The notes under the pieces are model-generated. The model saw only the letters and a list, made by a program, of their open reading frames with translations, searched no databases and was not told the DNA's origin. 64,000 nucleotides of DNA, from positions 10,891 through 74,890 of the forward strand of contig JAIQFY010000022.1 in the NCBI GenBank assembly GCA_020072965.1, read 5' to 3'. The translations under genes were made by a program, and so were the position numbers. The DNA comes from Terriglobia bacterium. GTDB lineage: Bacteria; Acidobacteriota; Terriglobia; JAIQFV01. Every line of letters starts with the position of its first letter. The first letter of the stretch is position 1. Shown piece by piece: positions 19,387 to 31,272 of the stretch.

Positions 19387-20973
19387 TCATTCGGTGAAGC
19401 AGACCGCGTGGTTCTTCGAGATGCTGGAGTGTTTTAAGAACCTGGCGTCCTTTCGGAGTGGGAAGTCTTCCCGATAGTGAGCTCCACGGCTCTCTTCCCG
19501 GGCCAGGGCCGAAGCCGTGACGACGCCCGCGACCGAGAGGAGATTACGGAATCGTAAGGCGTGGGGGGAACTGTCGCAGGGGCGAGAATGGGTTTCGTAT
19601 TCCTCAAGCTCCTTGAGAGCATGCTTGAGACTCAGCCCGGAGCGGATAACGCCGACAAATTGCCACATCGCTTTCTTCAATCGTCCGACCAGGTCCTCCG
19701 CCAAGTCACGTCCTTTTCCGATTGAAGCGGGTTTTTCGGGGTGGCCATTGGAGTGAATCGGGATTGAAGGCGGTGGATTTTCCCCGCGCATCGCCTCACC
19801 CGCCCGGGCGCCGAACACAAGACTTTCGAGAAGCGAGTTTGAGGACAGGCGATTGGAGCCGTGAACACCGGAACAGGAAGCCTCGCCCGCCGCGTAAAGA
19901 CCGCGCAGGGAGGTCCTCCCCTGCGTATCGATTTTGATACCCCCGATGCAGTAGTGAGCGGCGGGATGGATCGGGATCATGTTTTCCGAAATATCGAGGT
20001 TGAATTCAAGGAACATCTCGAAAACCGTGGGGAATCGACGTTTTAGAATTTCCCCATCGAGATGCGTGCAATCCAAATAAACGTAGCTGCTTTGAGTCTT
20101 CACCATCTCCAACATGATAGCCCGGCTTACGGCGTCGCGAGGGGCCAGTTCTTCCTGGGGATGATAGTGGTGCATAAACCGCTCTAAATCGGCATTGCGA
20201 AGATAGCCCCCTTCCGCGCGCAAGGACTCCGGCAGTAAAACGCGGGGAGCATTCTTCAAATAAAGAACGGTGGGATGGAATTGAATGAACTCCATGTCGC
20301 TCAATTCCGCCCCGGCACGAAACGCAATGGCCAGCCCATCGCCGGTCGAAAGGTCGGAATTCGTGGTTTCGGGATAGAGCTGGCCCATTCCACCCGTGCC
20401 CGCAAACACCGCCCGGGCAGATACCGTATGTTGACGTCCCGTCTTGAGATCGCAGTAATGCGCCCCCACCACGGCGCCGTTCTTGACGATCAAATCCTCC
20501 GCTGCCGCGTTCATCAGGACCTTGACATTCGGGAGGGCTGCGATTCGGTGGTGCAAGGTTTCCAGGATTTCATTTGCGGTGCTCTGAGAACGCCCTTTGA
20601 AAATATACGACCTCGGCTCGGCGCCGTGCTTGGGGGAAAGCACTCTTCCGGCGTGACGCTCAAAGGAGGCGCCCCATGAGACCAGTTCCTCCATGTATCG
20701 AGGGCCTTCCTCCACGAGCACTTTCACAGCCTCGGTCTTGCACAGCCCCTCGCCCGCACACAGGGTGTCTTCGTAATGGAGCCGGATCTCCTCTTCGTCG
20801 CTGGAGGCGATGGCGATCAGTCCGTCCGAGTGTTTGGAGGGTTGCGCGGGAGAACACTGTTTCGTCAGCATCAGGACATTCCCCGAGTCGGCGAGCGCGA
20901 GGGCGCACCGCATCGCGGCGACGCCGCTCCCCACAATCAAATAATCGGTTTTCTCCAACTCGCAGGACTTCAT
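19387..20973 (-). CDS. nadB: L-aspartate oxidase-like flavoprotein (divergent N-terminal motifs)
   Basis: IVGSGVA, STGDG, MEFIQFHPT, ELAPRDAVSRAI, AAHYCIGG, AAGE...GVHGSNRLSSNSLLE, REESRGAHYR. Confidence 0.75.
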   Translation of the reverse strand: MKSCELEKTDYLIVGSGVAAMRCALALADSGNVLMLTKQCSPAQPSKHSDGLIAIASSDEEEIRLHYEDTLCAGEGLCKTEAVKVLVEEGPRYMEELVSWGASFERHAGRVLSPKHGAEPRSYIFKGRSQSTANEILETLHHRIAALPNVKVLMNAAAEDLIVKNGAVVGAHYCDLKTGRQHTVSARAVFAGTGGMGQLYPETTNSDLSTGDGLAIAFRAGAELSDMEFIQFHPTVLYLKNAPRVLLPESLRAEGGYLRNADLERFMHHYHPQEELAPRDAVSRAIMLEMVKTQSSYVYLDCTHLDGEILKRRFPTVFEMFLEFNLDISENMIPIHPAAHYCIGGIKIDTQGRTSLRGLYAAGEASCSGVHGSNRLSSNSLLESLVFGARAGEAMRGENPPPSIPIHSNGHPEKPASIGKGRDLAEDLVGRLKKAMWQFVGVIRSGLSLKHALKELEEYETHSRPCDSSPHALRFRNLLSVAGVVTASALAREESRGAHYREDFPLRKDARFLKHSSISKNHAVCFTE

Positions 20974-21276
20974 ACGCAAAGGCATCATACCCCAGCAAAA
21001 AAAATTTGAGCAATAGTTTTTCAGCAGATGAGTTTTCACAATCTACACAAGTGGGAATGCGGAAATTCGTTTGGCGGCATCGGAAGGGGTATGGTAGGTT
21101 AACAGTTTTGAGCATTCATTCGAAAAGTGGTCGGGTGTTTTCCTCCATGCGTTGAGGAGGAGGGCATTTTGCACACGGGGTCCTTGAATAGACCTCGTCG
21201 CGGAGTGGAGCCCAATTCGACATCGCCCGTCGCTTGCAATACTCGCAGACCACTGAGACAGTCCTAGGAGAGCGCC

Positions 21277-22377
21277 ATGGTTAAAATTCCAGTGCCGATC
21301 TCCGATCGGCCGTATTCGGTCGTTTTGGGGCGGGGGGAAGCGACAGAGAACCCTGCGTTGAAACATCTCGTTGAGACGAGCACCTCGGCTTTCCTGATCA
21401 CCAATCGCACGATCTGGGCCGAATATTCGCATCGGGTCCGCTCCAAAGGCAGTGTTCTGGCTTCGGCCGTTCCCCTTCTGATCCCTGATGGCGAGCGATT
21501 CAAGAACCTGCAATGGTATGAGTGGCTGTGCCGGGAGGTCGTCCGCCGGGGAGCCGACCGCAAATCCCTGATCATCGCGATGGGAGGTGGAGTGGTCGGG
21601 GACCTTGCCGGATTTGTGGCCTCAACTGTTTTGAGAGGACTGGACCTGACACAGGTCCCGACCACCCTGCTGGCGCAGATTGACAGCTCCATTGGCGGTA
21701 AGACTGCGGTGAATTTACCCGAAGGGAAAAACCTGGTCGGCGCTTTTTACCAACCTGCCCTGGTTGTCACGGATCCGCTGTTTTTGAAAACCCTGCCTCC
21801 CCGCGAGCTGCGGGCAGGTCTCTACGAGGCCATCAAGTATGGCGTCGTGTTGAACCGGGAGCTTTTCGAATTCATCGAGGCCCGGATCGAAGGGTTGCTG
21901 CGATGCGATCTGGAAGCGCTCGAGACGGTGATCCGGCATTGCGCGGCCGCCAAGGCGGTCATTGTGGGGCAGGACGAGCATGAATCCGGAGTTCGCAAGA
22001 TCCTGAATTTTGGTCACACGCTCGGACACGCGCTGGAGGCACGGACCTCCTACCGACGGTTCAAACATGGGGAAGCGGTGGGGTGGGGCATGATGATGGC
22101 AACGCGACTGGCGGAAAAGCTCTCCCTGTTATCCCCGGGTGATTCCAAGCGCGTGGTCGCTTGCATCCGGGCAGTCGGTCGATTGCCGAAAATTTCTGAT
22201 CTCGCCGACTCCACGATCCTCAGACACATGCGGCACGATAAAAAGGCGATTGCAGGCAAACTTCAATTGGTTCTCCCCACCGAAATCGGTTCGGGAAGGA
22301 TCGTTGAGGGAGTTGATGTCAAGATGATTCGCGGGTCGTATCTCGAGATTCAAAAAGAGAACTTTGCGAGCCGATGA
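21277..22377 (+). CDS. aroB: 3-dehydroquinate synthase
   Basis: GGGVVGDLAGF, PTTLLAQIDSSIGGKT, GKNLVGAFYQP, LNFGHTLGHALE, HGEAV. Confidence 0.96.
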   Translation: MVKIPVPISDRPYSVVLGRGEATENPALKHLVETSTSAFLITNRTIWAEYSHRVRSKGSVLASAVPLLIPDGERFKNLQWYEWLCREVVRRGADRKSLIIAMGGGVVGDLAGFVASTVLRGLDLTQVPTTLLAQIDSSIGGKTAVNLPEGKNLVGAFYQPALVVTDPLFLKTLPPRELRAGLYEAIKYGVVLNRELFEFIEARIEGLLRCDLEALETVIRHCAAAKAVIVGQDEHESGVRKILNFGHTLGHALEARTSYRRFKHGEAVGWGMMMATRLAEKLSLLSPGDSKRVVACIRAVGRLPKISDLADSTILRHMRHDKKAIAGKLQLVLPTEIGSGRIVEGVDVKMIRGSYLEIQKENFASR

Positions 22378-22471
22378 TGCCTAAGGCCGGCGCAGATATC
22401 CTGGCCCTCAATCCATTCGGTGTCGTACCGGTAAGCCGTGTCTGGAGCGAAAGCCTCCATCACCGACCTTT

Positions 22472-23221
22472 ATGAGAACGCACAGAATGAAAGCCGTCAC
22501 TCCCACTGACAGTCAGGCCGGAAAGGCGGAAAACGTGCGCGCCATGTTTAGCGCCATCGCGCATCGCTACGATCTTGCCAATCATGTGCTGTCGCTGAAT
22601 CTCGACCGGCGGTGGCGTCGATTTGCAATCCGGCAGATTGTGGCGCGCCTTAATCGCCCGGACTTCGATGCGCTCGATCTCGCTTGTGGGACCGGAGACC
22701 TCACGGCAGCCCTGGGTGCCGCCACCCGGGGGCGTGTCGTGGGTCTGGATTTCTGCCATCCCATGCTGGTGATCGGCGCCAACAAACTGGCCAAGACGAA
22801 TCATTGTTCATCGGTCGCTCTCTCAGAAGCCGACGCCTTGAACCTGCCCCTTCGGAACGCAACCTTTGATGCCGTCACAATCGCGTTCGGCCTAAGAAAT
22901 CTGGAAGACTATGAAAGGGGACTGTCGGAGATGCGTCGCGTTCTGCGTCCCGGTGGAGTCCTGGCAGTATTGGAGTTCTCCAGGCCCAGCATTCCGGTCT
23001 TTCGACAGGTGTACCAGATCTATTTCTCAAAGATCCTCCCCTGGATAGGGGCGCGCCTGAGCGGGGTGGAAGGACCATACGACTACCTCCCGGACTCCGT
23101 CTCGAACTTCCCGACCCGGGAGGCATTAAAAGGCCTGATGGAAAGGGCCGGGTTCGCCGATGTCATCTTCTTCAATTTGAGCGGCGGCGTTGCGGCACTG
23201 CATCTGGGGACGAAGGTGTAG
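22472..23221 (+). CDS. ubiE: Ubiquinone/menaquinone biosynthesis C-methyltransferase
   Basis: MFSAIAHRYDLANHVLS, LDLACGTGD, FGLRN, EMRRVLRPGG, YDYLPDSV. Confidence 0.92.
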   Translation: MRTHRMKAVTPTDSQAGKAENVRAMFSAIAHRYDLANHVLSLNLDRRWRRFAIRQIVARLNRPDFDALDLACGTGDLTAALGAATRGRVVGLDFCHPMLVIGANKLAKTNHCSSVALSEADALNLPLRNATFDAVTIAFGLRNLEDYERGLSEMRRVLRPGGVLAVLEFSRPSIPVFRQVYQIYFSKILPWIGARLSGVEGPYDYLPDSVSNFPTREALKGLMERAGFADVIFFNLSGGVAALHLGTKV

Positions 23222-23224
23222 GTA

Positions 23225-23397
23225 CAGTTGCCAGTTCCCAGTTGCCAGTGGTCAGTTGCGAGTAATCAGAAATGAGTCCTGGCAATTTGGAGCATGCTGC
23301 AAATCACCTTGAGAGCCGATATTGCAAGCCTAGTCCACTTACTGAACAACCTGTCGACCTTGAACACTGACAACTGGGAACCGACAACTGACAACTA
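23225..23397. repeat. Inverted pair of heptamer tandem arrays
   Basis: CAGTTGC-type units x5 at 23225-23259 and reverse-complement ACAACTG-type units at ~23363-23397. Confidence 0.75.
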
Positions 23398-23399
23398 CT

Positions 23400-25391
23400 A
23401 TGGATTTCAAACTCGCAACCTCATTTGTTCCCCGCGGTGACCAGGTCACCGCGATCGACCAGCTCGTCGAGTCTCTCAAGGATGGCGAGAAGCACCAGGT
23501 GTTGCTCGGAGTGACCGGCTCGGGAAAGACGTTCACCATCGCCAAGGTGATTGAGACGATGAATCGTCCCACCCTCGTGCTCGCGCACAACAAGACCCTG
23601 GCGGCGCAGCTCTATCACGAATTTCGCACCTTCTTTCCACAAAACGCGGTGGAGTATTTTGTGTCATATTACGATTACTACCAGCCCGAAGCCTACCTGG
23701 CCGCGACCGACACTTACATCGAAAAAGAAGCCACCATCAACGAGGAGATCGATAGGCTGCGGCTGTCGGCGACCAAATCTCTTTTCGAGCGGCGGGATTG
23801 CATTATCGTCGCTTCGGTGTCGTGCATTTACGGGCTGGGATCGCCGGAAGCCTATTATGGCATGCTGATGTTTCTCGAAAAGGGCCAGCGCATCGGGCGG
23901 AAGGAAATCCTGCACCGGCTGGTGGAAATTCTCTACGAGCGCAATGACGCGGATTTCAAGCGTGGCACCTTTCGAGTGCGCGGGGATGTGATTGAAGTCT
24001 TCACCACTTATTCCGACGATGCCCTTCGAATCGCCATGTGGGGAGATGAAATAGAAAGTCTCTCGCGTGTTGACCCGCTGACGGGAGCGGTCAAAGAAAC
24101 CTTCATCCGGATGCCGATCTATCCGCGAACCCATTTTGTGATGCCGCGCTCCACTGTGGAGATCGCCATCGAGCGGATCCTGGGAGAAATGGAGGACTGG
24201 GTGCCGCGGCTGGAGGCCAAGGGGAAACTGATCGAGGCACAGCGGCTGCGCCAACGCACCCTCTTCGACGTCGAGATGATGCGGGAAATCGGTTACTGCC
24301 ACGGGATCGAAAACTATTCGCGCCATTTCAGCGATCGAAAACCGGGTGAGGCGCCTCCGACGCTGCTGGATTACCTTCCTCGCGACGCCGTAATGGTTGT
24401 GGATGAGAGCCATCAGAGCATCCCGCAGGTTCGCGGCATGTACCATGGCGATCGCTCTCGCAAACAAAACCTGGTCGAATACGGATTCCGTCTCCCGTCG
24501 GCCCTCGACAACCGGCCTCTCACGTTCGAGGAGTTCGAACAACGCGTGAATCAGGCGATTTACGTCTCTGCCACTCCGGGTCCCTATGAATTGACGAAGA
24601 CGGGCGGAGGGTTCGTGGAGCAGGTGATCCGGCCGACAGGTTTAGTGGACCCCGCCGTCGAGGTGAGACCGGTCAAAGGGCAGATCGATGACTTGATGCA
24701 TGAAATTAAATTGCGCGCCGAGGACAGGGAGCGGGTCCTGGTAACCACCTTGACCAAGCGCATGGCGGAAGACTTGACGGAATACCTCACGGAGACGGGG
24801 GTGCGCTGCCGCTACTTGCATTCCGATATCGAAACCCTGGACCGGATCAAGATTTTGCGGGATCTGCGAAAAGGGGAATTTGATGCCCTCATTGGCATCA
24901 ACTTATTGCGAGAGGGCCTCGACCTGCCGGAGGTCTCGCTGGTCGCGATTCTCGACGCCGATAAGGAGGGTTTCTTGCGTTCTTCCGGATCGCTCATCCA
25001 AACGATTGGCCGGGCGGCACGTCACCTCCATGGAAAAGCTATCCTCTACGCGGATGTGAGCACGGAATCGATGGAAACTGCCATCGCGGAGACGAACCGC
25101 CGGCGAGCGATCCAGATGCGCTACAACGAGGAAAATCACATCACGCCGGAGTCCATCATCAAACCGATCGATATGGCGCTGGTGTCGATCGTCTCTGCCG
25201 ACTACGTTGAAGTTGAAACCAACCTCCCGGACGAGACTTGGGTCGCAGAACCCGAGAAGCTTGACGAGCTCGTCGGCATGCTGGAGCGGCAGATGCGCGA
25301 GGCCGCCAAGAAATTCGAGTTTGAGAAGGCGGCGTCGCTGCGGGACCGGATTCGCGAATTGAAGTCGAGAGCGGTCTCTTCTGTGATGTAG
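23400..25391 (+). CDS. uvrB: Excinuclease ABC subunit B
   Basis: [58 protein letters not shown]-terminal UVR domain. Confidence 0.98.
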   Translation: MDFKLATSFVPRGDQVTAIDQLVESLKDGEKHQVLLGVTGSGKTFTIAKVIETMNRPTLVLAHNKTLAAQLYHEFRTFFPQNAVEYFVSYYDYYQPEAYLAATDTYIEKEATINEEIDRLRLSATKSLFERRDCIIVASVSCIYGLGSPEAYYGMLMFLEKGQRIGRKEILHRLVEILYERNDADFKRGTFRVRGDVIEVFTTYSDDALRIAMWGDEIESLSRVDPLTGAVKETFIRMPIYPRTHFVMPRSTVEIAIERILGEMEDWVPRLEAKGKLIEAQRLRQRTLFDVEMMREIGYCHGIENYSRHFSDRKPGEAPPTLLDYLPRDAVMVVDESHQSIPQVRGMYHGDRSRKQNLVEYGFRLPSALDNRPLTFEEFEQRVNQAIYVSATPGPYELTKTGGGFVEQVIRPTGLVDPAVEVRPVKGQIDDLMHEIKLRAEDRERVLVTTLTKRMAEDLTEYLTETGVRCRYLHSDIETLDRIKILRDLRKGEFDALIGINLLREGLDLPEVSLVAILDADKEGFLRSSGSLIQTIGRAARHLHGKAILYADVSTESMETAIAETNRRRAIQMRYNEENHITPESIIKPIDMALVSIVSADYVEVETNLPDETWVAEPEKLDELVGMLERQMREAAKKFEFEKAASLRDRIRELKSRAVSSVM

Positions 25392-25612
25392 AGTTTAAAG
25401 TTCTGGAAATACAGTCCAAAGTCCAAAACACCGGTTCAAAGTTCCAAGTTCAAGACACTTTTTCGGGTCCGGCCTCTGACTTCCGACTTCGAAAGAGGGC
25501 GCACCTCTGTGCGCCCCTACAGAAGACTTCCGGCCTCGGACTTCTGCCTTCTGCATTCTGATCTCTGATTTCCGAATTCTGGCCTCCGGCTTCTGGTCTC
25601 TGGCTTCCGGAT
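25389..25612. repeat. Heptamer tandem arrays with a nested REP
   Basis: (C/T)AAAGT(T/C)-type units, then a long run of (T/C)T(C/T)(T/C)GNN units such as TTCCGAC, TTCTGCC, CTCTGAT, TTCTGGC. Confidence 0.75.
25497..25520 (-). repeat. GTAG-type REP palindrome
   Basis: Minus strand GTAG-GGGCGCAC-AGAG-GTGCGCCC, a perfect 8-bp stem. Confidence 0.75.
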
Positions 25613-25661
25613 CCACCCACCGGGCACCGGCCTCCTCCGCCTGACAGCCGTCACCTTCTTC

Positions 25662-26948
<1,287 letters not shown>

Positions 26949-27318
26949 TCAAGTTCCTTTCTTGTTAGGAAAGACCGTCATGAGTGCACTCCTTGGGAGA
27001 ATGCCTCCAGCAATTGACTATTAACGAATTGAAAACCAGAAACCGGAGAATCATAGCAAACGACCGATGATTCCGCTACGGTGCCGCTCGAAATCTTATC
27101 GATGGCCCCAAAAGATCATTTCCACTCAGTTAAGTCCAGCCTGCACGGGGGTGCCGCAGGCATCCTCCGGTTCGGACGCTGCCGGCGAGGGCGGATTAAT
27201 GCAGGATGGGCTGAGCCGGTATCGTTTGGTCAAGGCTTGAATTGACAGGCATGACCCGCTGAGGCGGACATGTCTCGGTCATCTGAATCACCCGGGGCTG
27301 GCACTCTATGTTAAGATA

Positions 27319-27915
27319 TTGATCGAAATGGAAAACACCCCGATGACGAAGACGCTGTACGCGTTGGTCGCCATGGTCGGCCTTACCGCCACAGTGATGG
27401 TCTACTACGAGGCATTCTCCAACTCAAAGGAGACGACGATGAAGCTCAAGGAAGGTGATCCGGCCCCTGATTTCGAGCTCCCCTCCCAGGCCGGACAGCT
27501 GGTGCGCTTATCCAGCTTTCAAAACAAGAAGAACGTCGTGCTCTATTTCTATCCCAAGGACAACACCCCGGGATGCACTCGGGAAGCCTGCAGTTTTCGC
27601 AACGATCTGGCGCAATTCGCCTCAAAAGACACCGACGTCCTTGGCGTTTCCCTGGACAGCGTCGAATCCCACCAGAAATTTTCCCAGAAGTATGGGCTGA
27701 ACTTCACCTTGCTGAGCGACCGCGACCGGGTCGCTGCCAGTGAATATGGGGTCGTGGGAAGCTTTCTGGGGCTAAAGTATGCCAGGCGGACGACGTTCGT
27801 GATCGACAAATTGGGCATCATTCGCAGGATATTCGACAAAGTTGATGTCAGTAAGCACAGTGAAGAATTGCTGGCGGCTCTCCAGCATCTTCCCGTTGGA
27901 GATGGCAAGAACTAG
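27319..27915 (+). CDS. bcp: Peroxiredoxin, BCP/PrxQ family (possible N-terminal anchor; internal start at 27439)
   Basis: LYFYPKDNTPGCTREAC, GVSLD, RRTTFVID. Confidence 0.9.
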   Translation: MIEMENTPMTKTLYALVAMVGLTATVMVYYEAFSNSKETTMKLKEGDPAPDFELPSQAGQLVRLSSFQNKKNVVLYFYPKDNTPGCTREACSFRNDLAQFASKDTDVLGVSLDSVESHQKFSQKYGLNFTLLSDRDRVAASEYGVVGSFLGLKYARRTTFVIDKLGIIRRIFDKVDVSKHSEELLAALQHLPVGDGKN

Positions 27916-27981
27916 CGGGACGGCGCAGCTACAAATCACTCTATGCCAGTTCCGCATGTCGGCGCCACAGGGCTGGAGGAA

Positions 27982-28917
27982 TCACGCCACAATATCCTCA
28001 AACAAGACGGTTGAAAGGTACCGCTCCCCGAAGCTGGGGATGACGGCGACGATTAACTTGCCATTGTTTTCGGGGCGCGAGCCCACCTTCAACGCGCAAC
28101 TGGCGATGGCGCCGGAAGAGATTCCGACAAAAATTCCTTCTTCTTTGGCCAGGCGCCGCGAGATCGCGATGGATTCATCGAGCGTTGCTCGATACACCTC
28201 GCTGTATAGTTTCGTATCGAGAACGGCCGGTACGAAGCCGGCGCCGAGGCCCTGGATCTTATGAGGACCGGGAGCTCCGCCCGAAAGGACCGGCGAGGTG
28301 TCTGGCTCAACCGCGACCAGCTGGACTGAGGGCTTGCGCTCGCGTAAATACCTTCCAACGCCCGTAATCGTACCGCCAGTCCCCACCCCTGCAATCACGA
28401 TATCGACCGCTCCGTCCGTGTCGTCCCAGATCTCCTTGCCCGTAGTTTTATAATGAATTTCGGGGTTCGCGGGATTGTCGAACTGGTGGGTCAGAAATAC
28501 CCTGGGCAGGGACCGGGCCAACTCTTCCGCCTTGGCAATCGAGCCCTTAATGCCCTCGCTCCCCGGCGTCAAAACCAGTTCGGCTCCCAAAGCACGCAGG
28601 ACTTTCCGGCGTTCCAGCGACATGGTTTCGGGCATCGTCAGGATACACCGGTAGCCCTTTGCTGCACATACGAACGCGAGGGCAATTCCCGTATTGCCAC
28701 TGGTGGCCTCAATAACCACTGTCTCCTTGTCGAGGAGGCCCCTCCGTTCAGCATCTTCAATCATCGAGAGCCCAATGCGGTCTTTGACGCTGGACATGGG
28801 ATTCATCGATTCCAGCTTCAACACGATGTCGGCCACGGCGCCATCCTTAATCCGGTTCAAACGCACCAGCGGTGTGTTTCCAATCGTCTCAGTGATGGAG
28901 TTCTTGATGTTCGCCAT
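27982..28917 (-). CDS. cysK: Cysteine synthase A
   Basis: IGNTPLV, SVKDRI (PLP lysine), [38 protein letters not shown]. Confidence 0.96.
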   Translation of the reverse strand: MANIKNSITETIGNTPLVRLNRIKDGAVADIVLKLESMNPMSSVKDRIGLSMIEDAERRGLLDKETVVIEATSGNTGIALAFVCAAKGYRCILTMPETMSLERRKVLRALGAELVLTPGSEGIKGSIAKAEELARSLPRVFLTHQFDNPANPEIHYKTTGKEIWDDTDGAVDIVIAGVGTGGTITGVGRYLRERKPSVQLVAVEPDTSPVLSGGAPGPHKIQGLGAGFVPAVLDTKLYSEVYRATLDESIAISRRLAKEEGIFVGISSGAIASCALKVGSRPENNGKLIVAVIPSFGERYLSTVLFEDIVA

Positions 28918-29110
28918 TCGCGGTTCCTCCGAAGAGTCATTCGAACAGAGCAAAACGTTGGTCTCAGACAAACCTGCCACAACGCATGAAATGAAACGCG
29001 TATTCTATGCAATTCTGCCAAGAACGCAAAGGGAAACAGCTGATAGCTTATTGTTGCAGAAGACCGGATCACGGAAGCTCTCCGGGCCTCAGTGCCTCCA
29101 TGAATGGAAG

Positions 29111-29836
29111 TTAATCTCCCCCTTGAACCAGCATCAACACAAGCCGCAAGGGGCCGTGCACACCTGTCACGAGGACCTTTTCGATATCGGCGGTGCGGCT
29201 GGGGCCGGTAATAAAGGTCGTACAGCTCGGGAGAGTCGCACGGGTAAAAGACTGCGAATTCATCCAGTCATCCAGCGAGATGAAGACTTGCGCCCTGTAA
29301 GCCACGACCACGTGACATTCCGGCAGCAGTGAAATCGAGCGCCCCCCGAACCCTGCATGAGATAGAACCATCGTAGCCGTCTCAGCAATCACCGCGTCAC
29401 AGCCGGTAATGCCAAGCTGACACTTGGAGAGCGCCTCTCTGATCTGGTTCGCAGGCGTCGGAGTCCGGTCGCTGAGGATCAGCTTAAAATCCTGGAAATT
29501 TTGCAGTCCCGTCGCCAGATTGGCTTCTTTCAGGATCGGGTCCGCACCCACTGCGATGCGTTTGTAATGCGACTCGCGACCCAATTGGAGAATCGCGGCG
29601 GATAGATTCTCCAAACCTGCCACATATCGAAGTTCGGCGCCCAGCCGCTTCAACTCCTGGGCCAGTTGCGAAATGGTTTCTTCGTTGACTGCTTCCCGCA
29701 CCGCGATTTGAGGAGCGCGGCCCGGTTGCGCGGTATCGTTCTTCGGGGGAGGTTCGGAAAGAGGAGAAGCTGGCCGCGAGAATCGTCTCAGTTTTTCGAG
29801 CAGAAGTGAACGCGAGTCTTTGGCCGGCAAACTCAA
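29111..29836 (-). CDS. lutC: Lactate utilisation protein C (LUD domain)
   Basis: AETATMVL, RSISLLP, FITGPSRTADIE...GVHGP. A TTG start at 29836 overlaps the lutB stop. Confidence 0.85.
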   Translation of the reverse strand: MSLPAKDSRSLLLEKLRRFSRPASPLSEPPPKNDTAQPGRAPQIAVREAVNEETISQLAQELKRLGAELRYVAGLENLSAAILQLGRESHYKRIAVGADPILKEANLATGLQNFQDFKLILSDRTPTPANQIREALSKCQLGITGCDAVIAETATMVLSHAGFGGRSISLLPECHVVVAYRAQVFISLDDWMNSQSFTRATLPSCTTFITGPSRTADIEKVLVTGVHGPLRLVLMLVQGGD

Positions 29837-31236
29837 TTGATCTCTCCTTCTTCCCACAACTGGTGAAACGATTTTTTCGGCAAAGGCGGAAAATCCCGCC
29901 CCGCACTCCAGCAGGGAACTCTCAAGCCTTTCCCCCGGGGGGCAAGAATCCTTTGCACCATCCATCCCAGCATTCCGCTCCACCGATACAAGCCCGGGCG
30001 TTTCATGGTCGCAGCAAAAAGTTTGATGATCCACCGTTCACCCCGTGAGGTCAAAGCGGAATCCACCGCACTTTTTCGAAGCCACAAAAGCATGTGGTGA
30101 AGGTCAATCTTCACCGGACACACGGCAGAGCAGTGTCCGCATAATGAAGAAGCGAACGGGAGCTCCTGAGCCTGAGAAATACCTTGCAGTTCCGGAGTGA
30201 TCACCGAGCCAATCGGCCCCGGATAGACCCATCCATAAGAGTGACCGCCCACCCTCTGGTAAACCGGACAGACATTGAGACATGCACCGCACCGAATGCA
30301 ATAAAGCGCCTCGCGCGTGTGAGGATGTGCTAAAAGCTGGCTGCGGCCGTTGTCCAGGATGACCACATGCAATTCCTCCGGGCCGTCTGTCTCCCGGGCC
30401 TCTCGAGGACCATTGAGGATCGTCACATAGCTGGTCAGTTTTTGTCCCGTGCTACTACGGGCCAGGAGCTTCAGGAAAACGCGCAGATCGTCGAAGCGTG
30501 GGATGACTTTTTCGATTCCCATGAGGGCGATGTGCGTTCGGGGAAGAGTGGTGCACATTCGCCCGTTTCCTTCGTTGGTGATGAGCACGAGGGAGCCCGT
30601 CTCCGCGACGGCAAAGTTTACTCCGGTGATTCCGATGCCGGCGTCCATGAACTTCTCCCTCAGGATCGCGCGAGCGGCCCGGGTGAGTTCCTTGGGGTCA
30701 TCGGAGAAATTCATCCCCAACTTCTCAGAGAAGAGCTTTCCAATCTGAGTCCGGGATTTGTGCAGCGCCGGCGCCGTGATATGGGAGGGGGTTTCGCCGG
30801 CCAGTTGAACGATGAATTCGCCCAGGTCGGTTTCTACGGGTTGGATGCTTGCACCCTCAAGAGCGGTGTTCAACTCCATCTCTTCACTGGTCATTGACTT
30901 CGCCTTCACAACCAGAGAGGCGCCCTTTTGACGACAGACGTTCACAACGTATTCAGCAGCTTGACTCGCCGTTTCGGCCCAATAAACCTTGCAGCCGGCT
31001 TCCGTCGCCTGAGATTCGAACCTCTCCAGGTATTCCGCCAGGTGATCGATGGCTTCCTTCTTAATGGCATGCGCCTCAGAACGCAAATCTTCCCATTCCG
31101 GAACGGCCGAGACAGCCTTCAGACGCAAGGTGGTGGAATGGCTGGTCGCTCGCCTGAGGTTCTCACGCAGGTCCTGCGCGGCCAAATTCCTCCGAGCGGC
31201 TTCTTTGAATTTGATGGGTCCGGTGATCACGAGCAC
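29833..31236 (-). CDS. lutB: Lactate utilisation protein B (LUD + 4Fe-4S)
   Basis: KSMTSEE, ETDLGEFIVQL, PSHITAPALH, NEGNG, CIRCGACLNVCP, YPGPIG, LCGHC...CPVKI. Confidence 0.92.
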   Translation of the reverse strand: MLVITGPIKFKEAARRNLAAQDLRENLRRATSHSTTLRLKAVSAVPEWEDLRSEAHAIKKEAIDHLAEYLERFESQATEAGCKVYWAETASQAAEYVVNVCRQKGASLVVKAKSMTSEEMELNTALEGASIQPVETDLGEFIVQLAGETPSHITAPALHKSRTQIGKLFSEKLGMNFSDDPKELTRAARAILREKFMDAGIGITGVNFAVAETGSLVLITNEGNGRMCTTLPRTHIALMGIEKVIPRFDDLRVFLKLLARSSTGQKLTSYVTILNGPREARETDGPEELHVVILDNGRSQLLAHPHTREALYCIRCGACLNVCPVYQRVGGHSYGWVYPGPIGSVITPELQGISQAQELPFASSLCGHCSAVCPVKIDLHHMLLWLRKSAVDSALTSRGERWIIKLFAATMKRPGLYRWSGMLGWMVQRILAPRGKGLRVPCWSAGRDFPPLPKKSFHQLWEEGEIN

Positions 31237-31272
31237 TCGTAAGGTAGGGTGAGCAGTTTGCTCGCCCTACAA

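Noticed and set aside
23340-23399. LexA/SOS box upstream of uvrB
   Set aside because: The GAAC copies are spaced 14 and 12 nt, not as GAAC-N7-GAAC, and lie partly within the heptamer array.
27130-27300. GC-rich hairpins between eno and bcp as an ncRNA or riboswitch
   Set aside because: Stems are possible, but there is no hallmark of SRP, 6S, tmRNA, RNase P or a riboswitch I know; needs an Rfam scan.
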